Origin: Octopus vulgaris
Lineage: Eukaryota
DNA length: 64,000 nucleotides
Assembly (NCBI GenBank): GCA_951406725.2
Contig: OX597822.1
Location: forward strand, 101,618,001 to 101,682,000
Direction: 5' to 3'
The stretch's first letter is position 1; each line of letters starts with the position of its first letter. A program made the position numbers and the translations under genes. The notes under the pieces are model-generated. The model did no database searches. It saw only the letters and a list, made by a program, of their open reading frames with translations, and was not told the DNA's origin. Positions 25,825 to 37,426 of the stretch are shown here, one piece after another.

Positions 25825-26203
25825 TTAACAGTTATCGCCTTATATAAGACTATATGCAGTCTATAAATATAAGACATATATGGCAGTGTATAAATATAAG
25901 ACTAAAGCTGCCGTTGATTAGCTCCAAGAGGCCATCGCCTTTAGCTAGCTATATGACACACGAACATGTGTCCATTATAACCTTCGAACAGGGGAGGTTT
26001 TGTAACACGTCTTTTAAAAGACGTGCTGGTCAGATGCCTGACCAGCAAGGGAAAGCGGCTGACCTCTCCTGTTCGAAGGTTATAATGGACACAGGTTCGT
26101 GTGTCATATAGCTAGCTAGAGGCGATGGCCTCTTGGAGCTAATCAACGGCAGCTTTAGTCTTATATTTATGGACTGCCATATTAGCTTGGCGATAACTGT
26201 TAA
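25825..26203. mobile_element. Fold-back element with ~110-bp near-perfect arms and two internal hairpins
   Basis: Termini ttaacagttatcgcc / ggcgataactgttaa. Arms 25890-25998 vs 26062-26170 differ at 3 positions by eye. Ears cacgtctttt|aaaagacgtg (26006-26025) and tgctggtcag-atgc-ctgaccagca (26024-26047). Confidence 0.88.
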
Positions 26204-26220
26204 CTTCTAAGTTCTTATAA

Positions 26221-26441
26221 GGCAGCGAGCTGGCAAAACCGTTAGCACGCCGGGCGAAATGCGTAGCAGTATTTCATCTGCCGTTACGTTCTGAGTTCAA
26301 ATTCCGGCGAGGTCGACTTTGCCTTTCATCCTTTCGGTGTCGATAAATTAAGTACCAGTTACACACTGGGGTCGATATAATCGACTTAATCTGTTTGTCT
26401 GTCCTCTCTGTGTTTAGCCCCTTGTGGGTACTAAAGAAATA
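26221..26441 (+). mobile_element. SINE family B, intact, with 16-bp flanking duplication
   Basis: A box gagctggcaaaaccg, B box gagttcaaattcc, central gtcgactttgcctttcatcctttcggtgtcgataaattaagtacc (resembles Meta/MESC-type domain, from memory). tgttaacttctaagtt at 26198-26213 and 26442-26457. Confidence 0.85.
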
Positions 26442-27093
26442 TGTTAACTTCTAAGTTTCTTTATTCTATTCTAAGTATAAGGACTTAGAATTGTTTTTGC
26501 TATTGTTAGGCTACGTAAAAAAAAAAGCTAGGCCGTTTTATCTAGCCTGCTGAATAGATAAAACGGTCCAGCCTTTTTTTTCAATAAAGTATTAGAATAT
26601 CAAAATCGAATTGATTTTACTATTGTCAATATAGTCCCATTAATTCATTTAAGTCAACATATACTGCTTGTAGCTTTGAAAAGAACTGCCGGAGCTGATA
26701 GCAGTGCAAACATGAAAAAGCACGTCTTTATTTGAATAAACACGGAATATTTTTTAAATATCATGTGTTTTCAGCTTTTAATTCCTTTTCAATTTCTTTT
26801 GTCTTCTCAAATACTTTCTTTATACAAAGTGATTTCAATGTCCACTTAAGATATGTCATGTCGCTAAAGTAACCGGTTGCAATAGAATTATAGAGACATT
26901 ACAATTACAGTACCATACAAATTAATCGTCACACAGACTCTATGGTTAGGCGCAAATTTACAGAAAGATGGATATTTTCAATGGACACTAATTTACTCAT
27001 TAAACTGAAAGTATGCTCAATTGAAAATATATCTCAACATATTGTGGATAGATTTGCGGTTAGTAAACCTTTGAAAATGTTTGAACTTATATA

Positions 27094-27299
27094 CTCTCTT
27101 AATCTTTTTCTTGTTTCAGTCATTTGACTGTGGCCATGCTAGAGCAGCGCCTTTAGTCGAGCAAATCGACCGCAGGACTTATTCTTTGTAAGCCTAGTAC
27201 TTATTCTATCGTTCTCTTTTGCCGAACCGCTAAGTTACGGGGACGTAAACACACCAGCATCGATTGTCAAGCGATGTTGGGGGACAAACACAGACACAT

Positions 27300-27387
<88 letters not shown>

Positions 27388-27551
27388 ACTACGGGCTTCT
27401 TTCAGTTTCCGTCTACCAAATCCACTCACAAGGCTCTGGTCGGCCCGAGGCTATAGCAGAAGACACTTGCCCAAGGTGCCATGCAGTTAGACTGAACCCG
27501 GAACCATCTGGTCAGTAAGCAAGCTACTTACCACACAGCCACTCCTACGCC
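27094..27551 (-). mobile_element. SINE family A, full length, with internal (CA)n(TA)n
   Basis: Homologous end to end with 58296-58782. Confidence 0.9.
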
Positions 27552-27830
27552 TATCTTGAACAATTTTAACAAGTTACCATCAGCGATAAACCGTTTGTTA
27601 TTTTACATAATATATTATCAAATGCAAACAAAAAAAATTAAAATAAAAAGATTGAATAACACTTTTTTAATATTCACCATTATAATATTCCACAAGATCT
27701 GTAAATTAGCTCGTATCTATTCAAAATGCATCATTTCTGAGTGAAATGCTGGTAGAAATGGTTTTATTGTGGCTTCTCTAATTTCCAGGCAATAAATATT
27801 TTAGCCACTCATTTGTCTCTCAAATTAAAG

Positions 27831-27964
27831 TTACTACTACTACTACTACTACTACTACTACCACTACTACTACTACCACCACCACCACCACCACCACCAC
27901 TACTACTACTACTACCACCACCACCATCACCACTACTACTACTACTACCACCATCACCACCACC

Positions 27965-27997
<33 letters not shown>

Positions 27998-28010
27998 GCC
28001 GTCGTCGTTA
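27831..28010. repeat. (CTA)n/(CCA)n compound trinucleotide repeat
   Basis: Direct inspection. Confidence 0.95.
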
Positions 28011-29509
28011 ATAGCACATAGCAGCACACGGTGGAATTAGATCCATCCCTTGGTCCTCAGTTGTTTTCTGCATCTGTAAGATGAAAAATATCTTTTTGCT
28101 AATACAAACCACACAAGTATTATTGAAGAATTTTTACCTGAACCTTTCTATTTAGATAAGGTTATTTGTGGTATTTCACAAGAATATATCATATTTAGAC
28201 AAATCTCGGCAAATCGCAAATCTGTAACTGACAGATACAAACATCCTGTATCCAGCGTAGTAGTACATCGTAGAAGCCTCATCCATGTGTAGCTACACAT
28301 GCAGGAGAGCTTCGATGTTTCAACAGGTGGACAATATCGTATTCATGCTTATTTCTTTACCATTTCTCTACTTTCTGACATTACAATTTTGCTCAATATA
28401 TCTGACTGTTTTGATTGAATAAATATTTATTTTATACGAGCTGCGTTTCAATATTTTCGAGAGCGTCACATGATATGGGATTTTATATTTTTCTTATTCA
28501 TTGGCTCAATAAATATTTATTTTATTCGAATTATATTTCAATAGTTTTGAAAGTGTCTAACAGTATAAAGTTTCATATTTATTTAAGTTATATAGTAGAG
28601 GATTTTGTGTAAATGACTTATTGCCTGTGTTGTATGTGTGTGTGCGTGTTGTGTGTGTGTTTGTGTGTGTGTTTGAATATACGTGTGTATGTGTGTGCGT
28701 TTGCAGTTTTCTTTCTTGTATGTAATGAATTCGTATTCTCTTTAATCTCCTTTTTAAATTCTTTAACATCTTTATATTACATTTATTATCTTATCATAGT
28801 TCAAGAAATTCATCGAGTTTCTTTCTTAACGTAAGAATTAGCTATATCGTTGAGAACAAATATAAAAGGTTTCAAGTTTAAGATGTTTGTTCAATGTCGA
28901 CAAAGGCGATGAAGGTTAAAAAAATATACATAAACAGTACATAAAGTATTCAAGTTACCAACAAGGACCAAGGAACGATTAAAACTAATCAACATTCATT
29001 AACAACGAAAATATTCAAGGGTAGCATAACTGTTATGTGATACCTTGTTATAACACCTAGTAATGTTTTAAATACATTTATATTACCACATTCTGCCGTC
29101 TGATTCTGAATAAGCTTACATTAAGAATGTTTGAAGACACTTTTGCATTGCTTCATAATGCCATACAGTTGTGACTAAGGGTACCCTAACAATGTTCATA
29201 GATACATTTGCGTTACTACACTCTGCCTTCACGAAGCTAAGTATCAGGTGTACAAATGGAGACGCTTCCAGAAGAAAAAAATTCAGTAACCGTTGGAAAC
29301 CCATTGTAACAGTGACTCGAACAACTCCTAGCGATATCTGAAAGAGACATTTTTGCATTCCAAAATATTATTACTATATCAGACTATGGATAATTAAATT
29401 ATAACAGTCATTATAGTCCAATATTGTTATTATAGTGCATTGTTGTGTCATTCGAGATACATTATATTTTACAAGCAAGACACAATGCGTGTAGCGAACT
29501 ACAATGCTC

Positions 29510-29543
29510 CGGTTGTCAAGCGATGTTGGGGGAACAAACACCG

Positions 29544-29574
<31 letters not shown>

Positions 29575-29760
29575 ACAGGCTTCTTTCAGTGTCCGTTTTC
29601 CAAAAGGCGCAGGAGTGACTGTGTGATAAGTAGCTTGCTTACCAACCACATAGTTCAGTCCCACTCCGTGTAACCTTGGGCAAGTGTTTTCTGCCATAGC
29701 CTCAGGTAGATCAAAGCCTTGTAAATAGATTTGGTAGGCGGAAACTGAAAGAAGCTTGTA
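29510..29760. mobile_element. Rearranged SINE family A: minus-strand middle part joined to plus-strand 5' half
   Basis: 29510-29604 is the family A middle on the minus strand. 29606-29760 is the family A head on the plus strand. Confidence 0.75.
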
Positions 29761-29857
29761 CATATATATATAAAATTTAATAAGGGTAGAAATTGATATT
29801 AACCAATTAAAACCAGTGGCCTAGCATATTAAAAAAATCCGAAGATTAAAATATTTT

Positions 29858-29987
29858 TACATACAAAATTTAAAATACTGACCACTAAAAGTGGACGGTC
29901 AACATGCTAGATATAGACGTCAAAATCGCTATAAATCTATATCTAGCATGTTGACCGTCCACTTTTAGTGGTCAGTCCTTTAAATTT

Positions 29988-29995
<8 letters not shown>
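29858..29995. repeat. Hairpin with 41-bp perfect arms (~60 bp with flanks) and 18-nt loop
   Basis: actgaccactaaaagtggacggtcaacatgctagatataga (29877-29917) is the reverse complement of 29936-29976. Confidence 0.92.
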
Positions 29996-30036
<41 letters not shown>

Positions 30037-30705
30037 CGTGCGTGTATGGTGGGGTTGTATTAATGTGCGTTTGCATGTATGCATAATCTGTAATATATAC
30101 CGGTAAAATAAACCACAATGAGAAAACTGGAAACCCATAGCTTTCTAAAGGAAGTGTTTTGCTATATTTCTTTTGCATCCAGTTACAAACACCCCATTAT
30201 CACTTCCGCCCACTCAATTACAATGATCCAGTTACGGATCTACTGGAAAATTTTTACCATGAAAACCTATTGTTTACAAATAACATTATATAAAAGAAGC
30301 GAAATACCATAAACAATTTAGATTCGTTTTGCTTATACTATTAGAATTATATGAAGTCAGAGGATGATATTTTTACGAATAACCCCCACCATTTTCGTTT
30401 AGAGGTAGACATTTTATTGATCACTATTTGAATCTTTATGTAAGAAATTCTATTCAACATGGCTACTATGAGAATGGTGGAATTTAATTCCCACAACGGT
30501 CGTTTGCAATTTCCTCTTTAAATAGGTGAGAAGAAAGTGCGAATGCTTTGAGTATTGTGAAGAATTACAGACATCAGAAATAAGCTATACATTAATAACC
30601 ATACAACTACACTAACGCCAACAACTTTGTTAGTACATACATAAATATGCATCTATGTTAAGTTTATATATATTTAATCTATGTGTATGTGTATATGTAT
30701 ATATA

Positions 30706-31625
30706 CAGGGTGTCCATAAAGTCTCTTTACAATTTTGAAATTTTATTACAAAGGTAGTTGACAGGATATCTTAACCAGATTTGTTTTATTGTAATAATTG
30801 TTTATTAAAGTTTTTTTAACTGTTATTTAATAGACCTCAATATGGGTACCATTAGTTGCATGACGCACATCAAGATGGTACTCGACTTCTTGCCATGTTC
30901 GCTGTGGGATAGCCCCATCAACGGTGGCAATGGTATTACGAATCCTTTGCTTCAAGTCAGCAATGTCCCGTATCTTTGTTTTGATACACGATATCTTTTA
31001 CATAACCCCCATAAAAAGAAGTCCAAAGGAGTGATGTCTTGCGAACGCGGTGGCCATAGAATTGGCCCATCCCTTCCAATCCATCGGTCTGAAAAGGTTT
31101 GATTGAACTGATGAACATGCCATCCCCAATGTGGTGGTGCACCATCTTGCTAGAGAATGATGGTTGGTTGTAAATCAATCAGTTGTGGTGCCACATATTC
31201 GGTCAGAAGGCCGAGGTAAATATATGCAGTAATTGCTGCCTCGTTGAAGAAAAATGGACCAATTATTCGATTGCACATGATTCCACACCACACATTCACT
31301 TTTGGACTATTCCATTGAAGCTCCCTAGTTACATGGGGGTGTTCTGATCCCCAGATTCTCACATTGTGTCTGTTTAATTTCCCCGAAACATGAAAAGTCG
31401 CCTCGTCACTAAAACAAACTGGCTTGAGGAATGCTTCATCCTCATTTTATAGGGGTTCAGTGAATCAGTTCCCTTCCTTCAACAGAGTATCTGAAACACA
31501 AAAATTTAATATCAATACAAACTTTAATAAACAATTATTAAAATAAAATAAATCTGGTTAAAATATCACATCAACTTCCTTTGTAATAATTGTTTTAATT
31601 GTAAAGAGACTTTATGGACACCCTG
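30706..31625 (-). mobile_element. Internally deleted Tc1/mariner-superfamily transposon, DD41D (rosa)-like
   Basis: TIRs cagggtgtccataaagtctctttacaatt... (about 110 bp, imperfect) with TA on both sides. Broken transposase motifs FSDEATFH, NVRIWGSEHPH, SPKVNVWCG, IIGPFFF, QDGAPPH, WIGRDGP, WPPRS.DITPLDFFLWGYVKD. Confidence 0.92.
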
Positions 31626-31664
31626 TATGTATATATACAAATATACATACACACATATACAAAA

Positions 31665-31986
31665 ATAAAAGACCCCTTCGGTCGTAAATGACCATGGAAT
31701 TGCACCTAGAGCGTTCCCCTCCGAGATGCAAGTCCGGGCGAGGTTGTTTATGGAAGACCAGCAGTTTTCTATGCATGCCAGCCTCTCCTCTCCATGCCAC
31801 TGATGTTATCCAAGGAAAAGGTAAAGGCTGATATAGCTTGGCACCTGTGACGTCGTAACTCATTTCTACAGCTGAGTGAAATTGAAACATGCACCAAAAC
31901 ACAACACACCCACACTCCGGTCCGGGAATCAAACTCACTGCCTCGTGATTGTGAGCCCGACGCTCAAACCACTGAGCCATCCGCCT
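31665..31986 (-). mobile_element. tRNA-derived SINE family D
   Basis: Reverse-complement head ggcggatggctcagtggtttgagcgtcgggctcacaatcacgaggcagtgagtttgattcccggacc (A and B boxes), followed by cactcagctgtagaaatgag. Confidence 0.75.
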
Positions 31987-32004
31987 TTCACGTGTATGTA
32001 TATA

Positions 32005-32051
<47 letters not shown>

Positions 32052-32104
32052 GTACGTATGTACGTAAGTATGTATGTATGTATGCATGTAAGTATGTATG
32101 TATG

Positions 32105-32138
<34 letters not shown>

Positions 32139-32222
32139 TGTATGTATGTATGTATGTATGTATGTATGTATGTATATATGTATCTATGTATGTATGAATA
32201 TATGTATATTTATATAAATGAG

Positions 32223-32254
32223 GATAAGATCGATATTTAAATATCGATCTTATC
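32223..32254. repeat. Perfect 32-bp palindrome
   Basis: gataagatcgatattt|aaatatcgatcttatc. Confidence 0.95.
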
Positions 32255-32489
32255 AAGTGGCCAGCATGGGAATAAAAACCTTACAAAGGTAATAATTATT
32301 TAAAATTATAATTTATGTTATCTGAGAGATACCACCAGGCTGAAATAGCAGTCAAAACCTGAAAACCTGACTGTAAAGCCACATTAAATGTTCATATAGC
32401 ACCAGCAGAGAAGACAGAGCGACAAATAAACTAGCAAAAATTTTCTGGATAATTCCAGATCCTGGATTTCTGACTTTGCATAAGAGATG

Positions 32490-32525
<36 letters not shown>

Positions 32526-32535
32526 CATACATACA

Positions 32536-32569
<34 letters not shown>

Positions 32570-32599
32570 AGTGCATACATATATGTAGGTATGTATATA

Positions 32600-33350
32600 T
32601 GTATGTATATGGATTTTTGCTTAAGAAGCACATTTCGCAAGCATGTGCTTTCAGCTTCATTCTCAATAAGTGAAACCTTGGGCGTGTGTTTTCTACAAAG
32701 GTCTCCCACCAACCAATACCTTGCGGGTGAATTTGGTAAACAGCGACTGTTTGGAGACCTGTCGAATATGTCTGTATCCGCGTTTGTCCGTGCGTGTGTG
32801 CATGTGTTAGAGAGAAAGAGAGAGAGATAAAGAGAGAGAGAGAGAGAGAGTCTGTCTGTCTCTGTGTTTGTGCTTGCCTCCCCACTGAAGATACGTATCT
32901 AAGTGTTTAGGATGATCGGTTGAAAATAGTAAGGTCATGATTTCGATACTTAGCAGCATCTAGGTCCAGCCCACTCAGAAATAAATTGTACTGTATTTTA
33001 AAGAACAAGCCTTGTCACATTCTGTCATGCTGAATCTCTGAGAACTATGTTAAAAAGTACGAGTATCTGTGGAGTGCTCTGTCACTTGCGCGTTAATTTC
33101 AAGAACAGGCTGTTTCGTTGAGCGGATCAACTTGAGCCACCGACGTCGTAAACGACAAAGTGTCAGTTTGCCTTCCTCGCTTGACAACCCGTGCTGGTTT
33201 CACATTTCCTTAGCTTATCAGTTAGACCAAAGACACTGATAATGTAAGTACCAAATTTAAAAACATGTACTGTGGTCGATTTGCTCGACTAAAACGCTGC
33301 ACTCTGAAGCGATGCCTCCAGTTTCACCGAAGTCCAATGACTACAACAAA
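32600..33350 (+). mobile_element. Old SINE family A copy interrupted by a family E SINE (about 32890-33170)
   Basis: Head with ccttgggcgtgtgttttctac at about 32676. The 3' part resumes at cgcttgacaacc (about 33178). The insert matches the reverse complement of 56700-56920. Confidence 0.65.
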
Positions 33351-34889
33351 TAACATAATATATGTGTTCTCATTTAGTCTTCCAAAAGACTAAGTGTCTT
33401 TTAATATTTTACCAGAGGTTTTATCAATTTATTATGAAAGCAGTTGTGAAACACGTTAATTAGCATAGCTATGAGGGGATCCCATGAGATTATTAATGTT
33501 TTCTTAAACATAACTAAATCGAGATGAATGTTTAGCCTGTTTATGATTTTCAAAATTGTTTTACTAATCCCTTCGACATCAATTAGTAATCAGTGAATAT
33601 TTTCATTTCTTATTTACTACAAAGCTTTTAGTTAAATATGTAAGCCAAAGTGACGATATACATTTTAAGATTATCCCTGTATCATAAAATGTATGAAACT
33701 TATTCTTGTATGAAACTTAAAATGTACGATATACATTTAAAAGTTATTCTTGTATAATATATAACTTAAATTTATTCCTGTATGATAATCGCAAATATTC
33801 TATGCATTTTTACTATCCAGAAATCAAAATAACGTAAGTGGCATTTTATAAAGCATTATAAAGGTGATTTTTTTCTATGGCACAAATTCAACACCATAAA
33901 TATGTAAATTGAGGGTGTGTAATCAATTTAATGAACCATAAATACATAACCGGTAACTTTTGTCTGTCGAATTCGTGGACGAAAGCTGAAATCAAGCTGG
34001 TAGAACCTGAGTCAAGATGTGGAACAACAAAACCAAACCAAATAATATATTTAATCTAGCACATTTCCGTTTTTGCACTCAGCGCTTAAAATTATTTTAA
34101 CGCATTAAAATAAGCAATATTGACAATATGGCACTTAGGTTTTGGCTGTATCGATAAAAATACATTAATAATATACGACATTTTTTAGTTAATATTGAAC
34201 TCAAATCTTTCTAGTATAGTAACATAATACATATATCGGTATATATTTGTAGATATATGACAGAACACCATCGCTGGTACCTGATAAGAGAATATTCCCC
34301 CTTAATACGCCTCTACTTGCATCCAAAGGATTCCTCCCTGACTCGATAAGTAACTAACTTAATCGCATACATCATACATGGCATTAATTAGAAAATAATA
34401 TTTCTAACCCGACGGACAATTTAATGGTGCATATTATTCGAAATTATCAAAAGGTGATTATACTTTATATGCGAATTAGATTTGGCATTAGATGATAGCG
34501 TGCTGTTAAATATTATTATCATGACGTGAATAGCGAGACTGCTTGTCGTTAAAGCAGAATTAGAGTTAAATATAATTTGGAAATAGAGATTTTCTTGAAG
34601 TTTATCAGATTTGGTATTGGAATCAAATATATAGACGGATATAATATTACTGTGCAATTTGAATTAATCGTAGGTAGATTGCGATGACTTACATATTCAT
34701 TCTTAATGCATTTTGACAGATTCGAAAGTGAATATGATAATAGCTGATATATCTCGTCAATGGAGGACAATTTCTTTCAGACGAATGTGAAGTCGTAACA
34801 CTCGATTCCTTAGCGTAAAGGGATATTGGGACACCCAGTATTTAGATATCATTGTTCTCTTCTCGACCACAGCTACTTCGGAATATTGA

Positions 34890-35090
34890 ATTTAACAAGA
34901 GATTGTGGTCAGCAGTCTTGCGAGGAGGAGATCAGTCGGCTAAATTTACCCTAGTGAGCAACTGGTATTTATTTTATCGACTTCGAGAGGAAGTCGGACT
35001 TTTGGGAATTTGACTCAGAACGTAAGGCCGGAATAAATGCCACTGAGTATTTTGTTCGGTGCGGTAACGATTCTACTTGTTCATCGTTCT
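34890..35090 (-). mobile_element. Degenerate SINE family B copy
   Basis: actggtatttattttatcgac...tttgactcagaacgtaa. Confidence 0.6.
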
Positions 35091-35103
35091 CTTCCTATTT
35101 CTG

Positions 35104-35164
<61 letters not shown>

Positions 35165-35255
35165 GAGCATCACAACAAATCACATCACATACCTAAGGCA
35201 CACAGAGCTGCGCTCGGTAGTGAAGTGAAAGCACGCTATAAAAATAAAACTACTG

Positions 35256-35634
35256 AATAATAATAATAATAATAATGATAATAATAATAATAATAATAAT
35301 GATAATAATGATGATAATAATGATGATAATAATGATGATAATAATGATGATGATAATAATGATGATGATAATAATGATGATAATAATGATGATGATAATA
35401 ATGATGATGATAATAATGATGATAATAATAATAATAATGATGATGATAATAATAATAATGATAATAATAATAATAATGATGATAATAATAATAATAATGA
35501 TAATAATGATGATAATAATGATGATAATAATGATGATAATAATGATGATAATAATGATGATGATAATAATGATGATGATAATAATGATGATAATAATGAT
35601 GATGATAATAATGATGATGATAATAATAATAATA

Positions 35635-35699
<65 letters not shown>

Positions 35700-35732
35700 A
35701 AGAAGAAGAAGAAGAAGAGGAAGAGGAAGAAG
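35256..35732. repeat. ~470-bp (AAT/GAT)n compound repeat ending in (GAT)n and (AGA)n
   Basis: Direct inspection. Confidence 0.95.
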
Positions 35733-36222
35733 AGTATTTCTACGACGGAGTGGCTCCCTTGTCTAGCGATTTGTTCTGACCTACAAGTGCTACCTGTGAT
35801 ATGGGCCGTTTTTACTGTTTTCATTCATGTTTCAGTAAATCTAATCGTGAAGAAAACCCCCCACGATTCCATTTCCAGTTTTGCCTGTTTGTTTTAAATG
35901 AAATCGATGAAAGCTTGGTCTAACATAAAAGCATCTGTCCCCGAACAGGTGCTTTCGCTGTTGCATCAAGGACGAGAAAATTACCTTTTCTCAAGGTAGA
36001 CAACGATCGTGAGGAGATCCGTCCTATAGCTGTAACGGCAGCTCGGCGTTATTTGACACGTGAGCAATACTTGAATACCGAACGAGTTTCCGCAGAATAG
36101 TTTCGTCGCTTATATGAACCCGGTGTATTTGAAGAGCTATCCGGATCCAACCAGTCCTCCATAGCCTGATAGTTTCTGTACTCCCAACTATAGAATGCAA
36201 ACGTTGACGTATCCCTCACCGT

Positions 36223-36529
36223 TTGTTGATTGTTTGTTCCTTCTCGCATGCCTGGCTCATAAGGGCCGGTTTCCCAGTTTCCTTGGCGTATAGGTTCCCC
36301 ACTTGGACGGGACGCCGGTCCGTCGCAGGTGAGCTGCAAGATGCAGGAGGAAAGAGTGAGAGAAAGTTGTAGCGAAAGAGTCAGCAGAATTTCACCATTA
36401 CCTTCTACCAGAGCCGCGTGGAGCTTAGGTGCTTCGCTCATAAACACACACGTCGCCCGGTCTGAGATTCGAACCCGCGATCCTCGACCGCGAGTCTGCT
36501 GCTCTAACCACTAGGCCATGTGCCTCCAC
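36223..36529 (-). mobile_element. tRNA(Arg)-like SINE family C2 with 12-bp TSD
   Basis: Homologous to 54909-55212. Flanks atccctcaccgt (36211-36222) and atcactcaccgt (36530-36541). Confidence 0.9.
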
Positions 36530-36788
36530 ATCACTCACCGTACTTACCAACTGACATAGGACAGTGAGCGTCTAACATTCCAGATTCCAGTGGATTTGGT
36601 TTTCGCTTGGATCCAGGACTGTAGCTTTCTTCAATGGCTATGATTTCAGTCAAGACATTGAAATGAATATTTCATCTGACAAATACGTCAACGTCAGTGC
36701 AAAAGGAGGTATATTCATTAAAACTGAGAACTTCACATAAGACACAAACTGCAAAATCAGAGGACTAGACACGTATATATACATATAC

Positions 36789-36852
<64 letters not shown>

Positions 36853-36874
36853 GTGTGTATGTGTGTGATGTGTT

Positions 36875-36918
<44 letters not shown>

Positions 36919-37084
36919 CAGATATTCACTCATATACATGTGTGTATGTCTGTGAGTTTGCGTGTATGTGTATGCATGTGCGTGTGTGTGTGTATTGTGT
37001 TGAATCAAAAGTTTTGCAATATTCTGGTAATTCATTTGTTTATTCGTCTAGTTACATCAACAGTAACCTAGCATTCAAAGTAAT

Positions 37085-37426
37085 ATGAAGCCACCTTTCT
37101 GCCACTTCTTTGATCTCAGCCTCTCTCGTGACTTTTGTGCTCACCAGTATATAAGGAATATGATTTCAAAAGGGAGAATATTTAAGGATGCAATCAGGCG
37201 GGAAAGGTGTAAAATGCTTCCCATTTTAACTTCGTTCGATATTTTCAACTTCATGATGCAAGTTGCAAAGGCATTGATTCTATCTTGTCCTGGTTATATG
37301 GAGCATCTTCTAGAATTTAATATATCGGTCAATAAACCATCAAAAGCTAAGCCCATGTCTTCGAAGTACATGATCCTCCACCAGCCATTAGACATAAAAT
37401 GGCATCATTTCCTCTGCCAGCTGTGA
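37085..37426 (+). pseudogene. Possible decayed piggyBac-type transposase C-terminal remnant
   Basis: FCHFFDLSL, DIFNFMMQVAKALI and PLDIKWHHF resemble PGBD-type C-terminal motifs (IFxHFLDxxxxN, DLLxFRxxVAxALI, PxDVRxDxxxHxP) in the right order. Resemblance is from memory only. Confidence 0.4.

Noticed and set aside
25825-26203. Endogenous parvovirus/densovirus
   Set aside because: Only the hairpin geometry is similar. No NS1/Rep or capsid remnant is visible nearby, so it is kept as an unclassified fold-back.
27809-28040. Gly/Ser-rich or Pro/Leu-rich protein
   Set aside because: Pure (CTA/CCA)n repeat open in several frames on both strands.
35180-35824. 214-aa Ser/Leu and 163-aa Met/Ile ORFs
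   Set aside because: Translation of an (AAT/GAT)n microsatellite.
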